DNA from: Nemertoderma westbladi
Lineage: Eukaryota; Animalia; Xenacoelomorpha
Length of the DNA stretch: 34,356 nucleotides
Assembly: GCA_032718475.1 (NCBI GenBank)
Contig: JAUCBJ010004198.1
Coordinates: forward strand, 1 to 34,356
Reading direction: 5' to 3'
Of this stretch, positions 9,951-19,672 are shown piece by piece. How positions within the stretch are numbered: the first letter of the stretch is position 1; every line of letters starts with the position of its first letter. A model generated the notes under the pieces. The model was not told the DNA's origin. It saw only the letters and a list, made by a program, of their open reading frames with translations, and did no database searches. The position numbers and the translations under genes are program-made.

Positions 9951-11675
9951 ATGGACATAATCGTAAATATGGACCCAAATCGCCAAATTATCGGCGAATT
10001 ACGTAATATGATAGATCTACTGGAATATCCGCAACCTGGATCCCCTAACTTTGATACGAATTGAAACGCCCTGATAAATGAGAACGTGCGAGTCGTTAAA
10101 TTCACCGGGCGAGAGGGACTGGATTCCCGGAACCTACGAGAGCTCCGGTTGGCCGATGCTAGTACGAGACTGAAAAGAACTCGGAACGCAAAGGCAACCG
10201 GAGGGGACGAGTCGTCGTTCTGGGAAACATTCCGGCAAAGCGTCTACAAATCCCGATGTTTGATATACGACAACGAAGGAAACGCGACGCCCACCTCGAA
10301 AGCGATTACGTTGGCGAGATGTCAAAGTTTCGGCGACGACAAGAGTACGTACCTCGCCCACTGGGGAAACCTGTCGGAGTGTACGGCGACGCTATGAGAG
10401 GAACGTATATCGATCATCCAGAATCGCGACGACTACCAGGAAAAGTACGGGGCGAAAGAATACGGTCGATCCTTGGTCGTCGTCCTCGGAACCCTGGACG
10501 GTTTGGTATTGGTGTGTCGAATATTCCCGACACCCAGACAGGAAGTGCAGGCAGCTGGAGTGATCTGGTTACTACCTCCGGAAATCCAAAAGATCCTTTT
10601 CGACTTCGACGTCATTAAAATCGGGTCAGATATAAAGGCGGACGTCCGGAACGACTACGCAAGCGCTCCTTCAGGAAGAGACCGACGAGACGACCTCAAC
10701 GCCCTTAGCCATTGCGTCGACACTCAAACGCTATTAGCCTGGTTACGATTCGCCGAGTTCATGCGAGGATTCCGAGAGGTGAGACTGACGAAATCCGGGA
10801 TCGGCTACCTCGCCATGCTAAACGGCGGCATCGACTTCAAACCCCAGAAATTCCGGGATTATAATAAAATATATGGTGGATACCCGGGATTAGAAATAAA
10901 GAGCGAGCGAGAGGGTTGATGGAAGGACGTTGAGAGAAAGTGGACGATACACCAAAGGTGGGAGAATCCGGATCGACGGAACTACATCTACGTCGTTATG
11001 GAATCATACACCATCGCTAAGTTTATCTGTAAAACTCTCGATAACCTCATTACGGCGGTTCCTCTTTCCTTCGTCGACTACGACTGGAACGAGGTTATAA
11101 ACCACGCATTCAAAGCGGTCGAGAACATTACACCGGGAGAGACGAAAACGCTCGCCGTTATCGATTCCAGGAACGAGAGCGGACCTTACGACATCCCTAC
11201 GATTACCGATCTTCTCGGTGCGGAGGAGCCTCTGATTTCTTCGGAAGGGGAAGAACTATGGCTACATGAGGGTGTTCTACTCTCCACCCCGAAGCGACAA
11301 CTCGAGCCGGAGGCCGCTTACCAACCGGCCGCCAAACGGATTGCTTCGGCCGAACCTACGACGGAAGCAGGGGTATTATCCCCACTCGGCTCCGGTAGCC
11401 CTGCGAGGGAGTTAATCACCACCTCCGCGTTGAGCGACTTCGGCGATATATGCCAAAGGTTATCACCATATCCTTTCCCGGGTGGGACTGGTCTTCGGAG
11501 ATTCCGAGTACCAGCAACCAACGGCCCCGCTCAGCGATACTGGTTGAAAAGGGTCCCAGCGCTGCGCCGACTCCCGACGATCTCCTCGGTATCCCTCGGT
11601 CGAAAACCCCGGCACCTCTTCGCCGACCAGCGGTGGCTACTACACCCTCCGTTCCTCAGGATCCTATGCGACTAA
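9951..11675 (+). pseudogene. Extra ORF of the BEL/Pao element: DEDDy (WRN/RNase D/EXD-like) 3'-5' exonuclease, with three in-frame TGA
   Basis: The ATG at 9951 and the listed ORFs at 10086, 10473 and 10998 are all in one frame, separated only by TGA (10062, 10395, 10917). ExoI-like CLIYDNEG; VVLGTLDGLVLVCRI; ExoII-like LPPEIQKILFDFDVIKIGSDIKAD; CVDTQTL; SGIGYLA; ExoIII-like W...YIYVVMESY. Confidence 0.72.
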
Positions 11676-12540
11676 CCCGTTGGTACGCCGAGCAAACCGA
11701 ATGGATCCACCGCGAGAAACGGTCGTCCGAGTTGAGACCGACAGGACACAAAGAAGGTTATCGGAGCGAAGAACTACTACGCCAAAGCCCAGCCTTCCAC
11801 GGGCTACCGACCACCGCGAATATTCAGAACAGCGACTGACGACTCGAGTATTACGTCGGCGTCCCGATTCCGATATTCCCCGGTCGAGAGATGCAGTTGG
11901 AGGTATGCGGTAACTGCGGTTCGGAGCAGTGCCCACGCGGTAGAAGGAATCGGGTTACCGATTCATGCCTCCAGCTCCTCGGGATACTTTATTGCCCATA
12001 CTGCGCGACATTGGGCCACGACATTTCCGTCTGTCCGATCCTATGTAACCTCTGCACCACGTGCGGTTTCCGTGGACATTCCGCTAGCCCCCGCTGCTAT
12101 ATCAAATGTCCTACCAAAGACGTTACCACTATGGGAATTATGGTCATGTTTGAAACATACGCAAACAGAGAAACGGAGAAACGGAGAAACGCTCGGAATA
12201 TCGCGCAGGAGATGGCGTGCGGGTATTTCTCCTTCCCGGAACGCCTCCACACGACGGCCACGCTGCCTTTCCATTACGTGGATCTGTTGCTGAGCGCCGG
12301 ATTATTAGACGCTTATACTCGTATAAAGAGGAGTTCAGTGACGGAAAGTGGTTCCTAGAGGCGCGCAACACCGAGTTGGTAAGACGAACCGATATGATCC
12401 CGATGCCATCGAAAGGAAGAGCCGCCAGGAGACAAGCCGAAGCGTTGCTCACGATGGATGTTGACGCTCCCCTTCCAGCTCTAGCGATCGACGAGAGTCG
12501 ACGGGCGAAGAGGAGAAAGGCGTATCAGAGAAAGAAATAG
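11399..12540 (+). pseudogene. Continuation or second extra ORF: Pro-rich linker, cysteine cluster with CCHC zinc knuckles, basic C-terminus
   Basis: The 11450 and 11891 ORFs are in the same frame, separated by TGA at 11837. Motifs: CGNCGSEQC, CPYCATLGHDISVC (CX2CX4HX4C), CTTCGFRGH. A probable frameshift near 12325 leads to KEEFSDGKWF...RRAKRRKAYQRKK. Confidence 0.65.
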
Positions 12541-12707
12541 TGGATCGGGATATTCCAGGAACATTTATTGAACATTTATTTTTATACATATATATACATA
12601 AACTCTAGGCCAAATTAATCAAGACTATGCAATATTAAATTTGGGTTTTTTATATTGGGAATGACCTACGCAAACTCAATCTACCAATAGACCTCACGAA
12701 GGTCATT

Positions 12708-12716
12708 GGGGGGGAC
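12708..12716 (+). promoter_or_regulatory. Polypurine tract (plus-strand primer) of the LTR element
   Basis: gggggggac immediately before the 3' LTR start TGTT. Confidence 0.8.
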
Positions 12717-13718
12717 TGTTCGCGGTATTTCAACTTTTCATAACGCGAGTTGAATATTTTTTTGTATTTATTTAAAATGATTATTCCGATATTACTACTG
12801 GGTGCGGGACCATGGGTTTTGGGCACATTCTATGGACTGGGGGCGATTTATGGGCGAATATTGGGGCGACTTACAGGGTACGGGAATAATTTCATGTTTA
12901 TAAGGGCCAGGGGTGGGAGGCAAAGTTAAGCAGTATTCAGGTTAGCCTGAGTACTATTAGGCCCTGGCCAACTTCCTGCTGCCTGTAGAGGTGGATTTGG
13001 TAACGCGCCAGGCCTAAAGGACAAGGACTGCCCTTAGCGGTCCCTGGCCAACAGCAGTTATTACGAGCCTGAAAAGGACATCGGAACGCCAGCTGCTTGT
13101 GTCAGGGATTTGCGACGGGAAACGACACGACAGACCCCGTAGCCAAGCCGTACCAGTACTGGTTCTCGATGATCGTTCCCTTCGGGGTTCGTGAGGGGTG
13201 GTACGGATACGCGACAGAGTCTACCGACTGGACCGACCCTTAGCCAAGCCGTGCTGGTTCTCGATGATCGATCCCTTCGGGGTTCGGGAGGGGTGGAACG
13301 GACATGCGACAGGGTCGACCGACACCAACACTACGGCATCAAGACTAGGACCGAGGGAAAATCTGGGGAACATTAGTTAGGCTAAAATCTGAGCGAACAG
13401 TGGGTAATTAAATAATATACTGTAGGGATTTATATTGTCGTGTATAATTATTGTGAATATTTGGTGTATATTGATTTGGGGAAGCCCAATTAATTCTCAA
13501 TCAAGGTTCAGTGAGATTAGCTCAAGGTTCAACTGTAGGGAAGTTACATTAAAGCGTATATCCAACCAATGCAGCTTTTTCTCAACCGCAATCTTGCATC
13601 TAAGAAATTACTCCTTCTCCACAATCAATATCCGGTGACTGGCCGGGAATCCGTGGTCTGTAAAGCCCCGCCTCCAGCATCGGCGTTTTTCCCCCCTGGT
13701 GTCGGGATAACGGCAACA
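12717..13718 (+). repeat. 3' LTR, complete (1002 bp), containing a ~100-bp internal tandem duplication (~13140-13325)
   Basis: TGTT...AACA termini, preceded by the PPT and followed by the TSD. tagccaagccgt...gttctcgatgatcg...ggggttcg..aggggtgg occurs twice about 100 bp apart. Confidence 0.93.
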
Positions 13719-16235
13719 TAGTGGGCACTATTTATAGATCTCAAAGTATACATATAGACCATTTTTTCAACATTTTAGATAATCAACTTGCAAAATTAAA
13801 CCAATTAAACTGCGATATTGTGATAAATGGCGACTTTAATATAAAAAATACCTTATAAACTCTAAATCTAAATTTACTTATGCAAATACTCAATTCTTTC
13901 GGTTACCAACAATTAATAGATAAGCCCACTAGAGTTTGTAGGAGTACAAATTCTTGTATTGATCATTTTATTACAAATAAATATTCAGAAATTATTCAAA
14001 GTGGCGTCTTCCCACTTGAAATTGGTACCACCGACCACTACGCAATCTTTTCTGCTTTTCGTGATTCTAGAGATTTTGTTGCCGAAAAAAAACATATAAA
14101 ACATGACTTTTCGAACTTCGATAATAATGCTTTTGTGGCCGATCTTTCCAACGAAAACAACTGGACTACAACTTCTAATAACTTAACTAATACTGATTTT
14201 GAAAACTGCTATCACGATATAGAAAAAATATTTAACCGCCATGCCCCAAAACGATGTGTTCCTCTTAGAGAATCGCCACGTAAGCCTTGGTTAACTCCTG
14301 ACTTAGTAAATAAAATTAATATTAAACATAAATTATATTCCAATTATGTAAAAATAAAAACAATAAGAAACCACGAGATCTATAAACGATTCCGTAACAA
14401 ATTGTCAACTTTATTAAAACAACGGGAACGCGCTTTTTTTTCAAATCAATTCCAATTACATTCAAAAAATATTAAAAAAACTTGGAGACTAATAAACCAA
14501 GTCTTAAGTAAACGTTCAGATCGCTCCTCACCAATCTGTATTAAAGAGCCAAATACTGGCGTTAAGCTAACCAATCCAAACAAAATTGCAGAGACTTTTA
14601 ACTTGTTTTATACCTCAGTGGGCCAAGCACTAGCAAATGAAATCGAGGATACTAATAAAAGTCCATCATTTTATATAAAAACCCCGCAGTCAAATTCTTT
14701 TGCTCTTTTAGAGATTTCTCCAGAGGAACTACAAAAAATAATTATGGACCTACCTGACGGTAAATCAAGTAATGACGAATTTTCAATAAAATTATTAAAA
14801 ATAGGTTCACTCCATATTGCGAATAAGCTAACTCCTTTTATTAATAACTGTATACGTACATCATCTTTTCCAGACTTTTTGAAGATTGCTAGAGTGGTTC
14901 CAATTTACAAGGGAGGAGACCCCACTGACACATCAAACTATAGGCCTATTTCAATACTAAGCATTGTCAGTAAAGTTCTCGAACGTGTAATATATGACCA
15001 ATTATGTAATTGTATACATAACTAAATATAAAATTCTTTGTAATAACCAGTACGGATTTAGGAAAAAATTATCTACATACCATGCCTTATTACAAATTAC
15101 CGAAAATATTCGAGACACCTTGGACAATTACGAATCTTCTTGTGTAATCTACGTCGACTTGAAGAAGGCGTTCGATACACTATCCCATAAAATTCTTCTA
15201 AATAAACTCGAACTTTATGGTATCCGCGGGCCTCCTTTAGATTTACTAAAATCATATCTTACTAACCGAAAGCAGTATGTAGTAGTCGGCGACCACTACT
15301 CCTCTTTGCGCGATATCCAGTTAGGCGTCCCACAAGGCTCCATATTAGGCCCCCTCCTCTTTATTCTATATGTAAATGATCTTCCGTTGTGTAGTAACCT
15401 AAATACTGTACTATTTGCCGATGACACGAGCTTGTCTGCCAGTGGTAAATCGGTTGGTGATCTGATAGCTAATGTAAATAATGAGTTAGGTAAAGTGGTA
15501 GAATGGCTTAATACAAATAAATTATCACTAAATTAAAAAAAAACTGAATATTCGTTATTCTCTAACTTGTCTCTAGATTATTCTTCAGCACCTGAGGTTA
15601 AAATTAAAAATACAGAATTAACAGTTAAATACTTGGGTATCTTAATCGATTCAGATATGTCCTGGCGATCGCATACATCCTACATTTTAAAGAAGATAGC
15701 CTGTTCAGTAGGAATTTTTTTCAGACTGCGTTATTTACTCCCGATGTGTATTTTACGAACTTTGTACTATTCTCTTATAAACCCTTATTTGCAGTATGGT
15801 ATCGTAGTCTGGGGAAATACTTTCAGTTCATATCTTAAACCTATCCGAGTTTGTGTAAACAAGGTTCTTAGAGCAATAACCTTTTCTCACTGGCAGGCAA
15901 GTTCAGGTCCACTTTACCGTGATTTATCTATATTACCTTTGGAGGAATTGTATATCTTCACCGTCGCTAGGGCGATGTTCGATATACATAATAAAGAGGG
16001 GGTGGCTGCATTGGAGGGGCGCTTTGTACCTGCGAGTACCGTCCATAGTCACAACACGCGGTTCGCCTCTAGGGGAAATTTCTGGGTACCTTCTGTTAGG
16101 CTTCAAGTTGCCCGAAGATCATTTAAATATCAAGGAACAAAACTATGGAATGAATTATCTGAAGAAATACGAAATATAAAGTCAAAAATTACTTTCTCTA
16201 AACGATTAAAATCACATCTGATGGGGTATGATTGA
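13719..16235 (+). pseudogene. LINE ORF2 remainder: APE endonuclease C-half, reverse transcriptase and C-terminal region (several frameshifts/stops)
   Basis: GTIYR...INGDFN, PTR...SCIDHF, TDH (APE); KIARVVPIYKGGD...NYRPISIL, QYGFRK, DLKKAFD, GVPQGSILGPLLF, FADD, KYLG (RT); LYYSLINPYLQYG, H-x-HNTR, RSFKYQGTKLWNEL. Breaks near 13850, 15015 and 15535. Confidence 0.95.
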
Positions 16236-16917
16236 ATAGTGGCAATATGTATCAGGGATTGCAATGCTCTCGATTTCATCCTAAGAAATTATAAAGGCAT
16301 TTTATGAGTCCGGCCTGCCGGCTCTGGCTAATCCAGCTCATCTGTGTCGTGCGGTGCCAATGTGAACACTAATAACCAGTCTTGCTGGTTGCGCATTGTT
16401 GAGGCAGTATCTACGGTAGGCGTATTCATTAACTAGAACGCCATCAAGATGGCTTTAAACGAACCTGTCTTACACAGACTCCAAGAAACAGATGGGATTG
16501 GAAGATGCAAACCAAGAATGACTTGCATCAACCAAAAAACTGCCTCCCATCTAATGTAATACACATTCGCCTAGGCAAACAAATCATAATCACAATTACT
16601 ACGATGATGTGTGAAATGGTATCCATATCCGCAACCTGAGAAACGGCCCAAAAGAGCAGTTTATTCTGCGGAGGGGTCTTTTCTGTATTAGATAAATAAA
16701 ATAAAGAACACTATAATTACAGTATTTATACCTGATACACGAAGTGGGGCCTTCGCGCAGCACGTGACTTAATTATACTTAGTTATACATTTCGCCCTCT
16801 AGCGGCAGACTGGAGGACTCCAGACCGTTTACTGCCCACCAAAGACTCAGGCCGACTTCTACTACATATCTGCTACGTTTCAGCTTGAACGGATCATAAA
16901 TAACGAGATGGGAGAAA

Positions 16918-18515
16918 GATTTCACTTTCAAACATTTCGCCCTCTAGCGGCAGACTGAAGAACTGCACACGGATTAGCCTTCAATTCAATTCAATTCAAT
17001 TCCTTCTTTCAAAGTCACAGCTAATGGTCTAGTACATATCTGCCAAATTTCAGCATAAATGGATTAAAAGCAAAGAAATGGGAGGACATTTAACGTTTAG
17101 ACATGTGGCCCTCTAGCAGGAGACTATTGCTCTGATGGTGTCTGAAAGTGTCTCAAACGTCTCAACTTTAGCTCATATTGATACCTACAAATTTTCAACT
17201 TGGCAGCTTTAAATCCGACAAAGTTATTAGCATGTCAAAATCGTAACGACGACAACGATTTCACTTTCAGACCTTTGGCCCTCTAGCGGCAGACTGGAGA
17301 ACTGCAGATGGATTCGCCTCCTTTGAAAGTCACAGCTAATGGTCTAATACATATCTGCCAAGTTTCAGCTTAAACGGATTAAAAGCAAAGAAATGGGAGG
17401 GCATTTAATGTTTAGACATGTGGCCCTCTAGCGGGAGACCATTGCACTGATGGTGTCTGAAAGTCTCTCAAAAATCTCATCTTTTGCTCATATTGATACC
17501 TACAAATTTTCAACTTGGCAGCTTTAAATCCGACAAAGTTATTAGCATGTCAAAATCGTAACGACGACAACGATTTCACTTTCAGACCTTTGGCCCTCTA
17601 GCGGCAGACTGGAGAACTGCAGATGGATTCGCCTCCTTTGAAAGTCACAGCTAATGGTCTAATACATATCTGCCAAGTTTCAGCTTAAACGGATTAAAAG
17701 CAAAGAAATGGGAGGGCATTTAATGTTTAGACATGTGGCCCTCTAGCGGGAGACCATTGCACTGATGGTGTCTGAAAGTCTCTCAAAAATCTCATCTTTT
17801 GCTCATATTGATACCTACAAATTTTCAACGTGGCAGCTTTAAATCCGACAAAGTTATTAGCATGTCAAAATCGTAACGACGACAACGATTTCACTTTCAG
17901 ACCTTTGGCCCTCTAGCGGCAGACTGGAGAACTGCAGATGGATTCGCCTCCTTTGAAAGTCACAGCTAATGGTCTAATACATATCTGCCAAGTTTCAGCT
18001 TAAACGGATTAAAAGCAAAGAAATGGGAGGGCATTTAATGTTTAGACATGTGGCCCTCTAACGGGAGACCATTGCACTGATGGTGTCTGAAAGTCTCTCA
18101 AAAATCTCAACTTTTGCTCATATTGATACCTACAAATTTTCAACTTGGCAGCTTTAAATCCGACAAAGTTATTAGCATGTCAAAATCGTAACGACGACAA
18201 CGATTTCACTTTCAGACCTTTGGCCCTCTAGCGGCAGACTGGAGAACTGCAGATGGATTCGCCTCCTTTGAAAGTCACAGCTAATGGTCTAATACATATC
18301 TGCCAAGTTTCAGCTTAAACGGATTAAAAGCAAAGAAATGGGAGGGCATTTAATGTTTAGACATGTGGCCCTCTAACGGGAGACCATTGCACTGATGGTG
18401 TCTGAAAGTCTTTCAAAAATCTCAACTTTTGCTCATATTGATACCTACAAATTTTCAACTTGGCAGCTTTAAATCCGACAAAGTTATTAGCATGTCAAAA
18501 TCGTAACGACGACGA
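16918..18515. repeat. 315-bp tandem repeat, about 5 copies (each a dimer of two related subunits)
   Basis: cgatttcactttcagacctttggccctctagcggc starts at 17256, 17571, 17886 and 18201 (period 315). A diverged first copy at ~16918 has an inserted (TTCAA)n, and an extra subunit lies at ~16788. Confidence 0.95.
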
Positions 18516-18558
18516 CAACGACGACGACGACGACGACGACAACGACGACGACGACAAC
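18505..18558 (+). repeat. (GAC/AAC)n microsatellite
   Basis: acgacgacgacaacgacgacg... directly visible; it is an expansion of the acgacgacaac motif present in each 315-bp unit. Confidence 0.92.
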
Positions 18559-19469
18559 TATTTGCATAAATTGACCCACCCCCTAACAGTGTCAATTCGC
18601 TAAGGCTCCGCCAACTTCGTGGCTCGCCCCACATTCTCAGTTAGCCTAATAAAAACATCGGAGCAACCAATATAATGTACATGTACAAGCATCCTATGAA
18701 AGTTTGTGAAATGTTCCCTTAAGTCTACCCAACAGCCGTTGGTACCCGGCTGGCAGCCACCCTGGTTCAGTTTTATGGTTTTGTTAGTTTAATCGACAGC
18801 TGTTGTAAACGTCCCAGATATACAAAACCTACTAAGCCTTTGCATTACAATTGAGCTTAGCCTAAGTTGATGACAGTATTATAACGATGACAATTAGGCC
18901 CTATAGATACATACGATATATAAATGATGTACTGCTTGACATTACACTAACTGGCTGAATAGAGATAGAACTATAATAATACGTTTGGCATTCTGTCAGA
19001 TTTCAGTAGTAAGTAACCTCATAATAATTGCTAAATATCAATCACCTGAAAAACATTTCAAGCAAGGGAGTTGTGGGTATTTAATTTCGCGTTCAATAAT
19101 GTTGAAAATATGCAAATATTTCGAATATCGCACTTCGAATCGTTCCCAACTTTTTTATTCAACAACTAGACAACAATTGATAAATACTTGCGTTTACAAT
19201 TTTACAATGCATGCAAGTGGTTTCAAGCCATTTGGTGAACATACATAGTGAGTGATATAGTGACATATATAGGTAAATATATCCATCGTGTTTTTGCCGG
19301 CCTCAGCTTTAGACAAAAACTACCCAGTCTAAAGACAGGTTCGTTATTAATTAATGTGTATTGTATCTTACGTAGTGCATTCATTATGCTGATTGACGTG
19401 GTGCCCTACACTAGCTATGCTATGGGGCCCACGTCAATCATTATGCAATCTATGGAAATAAATAAATAA

Positions 19470-19670
19470 ATTGAATTGTAATCTCTCTGGCAACGAAATG
19501 CCACCTGTCCTTGGGTGTTTTGCGCAGGAGCTCAGGACACTCACTTAGAAAGTGTTTCTCTTTACAGATACGACATGTGGTTAGTTGAAACTTATCATTA
19601 AGGTTGGAAACAACATTTATGGAATTATCAAGAGTTGTAGATAATGTGGTAACCTTTGGAACCATTGGGG
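19470..19670 (-). pseudogene. gag: BEL/Pao gag fragment (first zinc knuckle)
   Basis: CRICKEKHFLSECPELLRKTPKDRWHFV matches the BEL/Pao Gag CX2CX3HX4C...R..V pattern. Confidence 0.7.
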
Positions 19671-19672
19671 TA

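Larger units (their letters stand above)
3935..13718 (+). mobile_element. BEL/Pao LTR retrotransposon with 5' deletion and an extra 3' coding region
   Basis: TGTT...AACA termini, 5-bp TSD, two near-identical LTR copies, PPT, and PR-RT-RH-IN domain order with BEL/Pao motifs. Confidence 0.95.
2090..16235 (+). mobile_element. 5'-truncated non-LTR retrotransposon (CR1/L2 group LINE), interrupted by an LTR element at 3935-13718
   Basis: ORF1 and ORF2 (PHD, APE endonuclease, RT) are colinear. The ORF2 endonuclease reads ...KTLIV / GTIYRS... across the insertion once the LTR element and one TSD copy are removed. The 5' boundary is approximate and the 3' UTR end is not defined. Confidence 0.9.
16738..18632. 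mobile_element. Probable non-autonomous Helentron/HINE-like element carrying an internal tandem array
   Basis: Short inverted sequences at the ends (cacgaagt at 16738 and acttcgtg at 18614; gtggggc and gccccac), a small terminal hairpin gccaacttcgtggc, a (GAC/AAC)n microsatellite next to one end and central tandem repeats. This architecture matches DINE-1/HINE-type elements; the family is inferred. Confidence 0.5.

Noticed and set aside
9951-12540. Cargo acquired from a UGA=Trp organism (Mollicute or mitochondrion)
   Set aside because: The region is GC- and CGA-rich, uses TGG for most Trp and resembles pol in composition, so there is no support for a code-4 donor.
12655-12710. SECIS element explaining the TGA codons of the cargo ORF
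   Set aside because: ATGA is followed by AAA after only ~7 nt and is paired by perfect Watson-Crick tcat rather than the non-canonical GA quartet, so the geometry does not fit a SECIS.
16400-16710. Short peptide ...GIGRCKPRMTCINQ and an aaataaaataaa tail as a second LINE 3' end or the LINE 3' UTR
   Set aside because: Similarity is too weak, and no TSD matching the 5' junction was found to fix the boundary.
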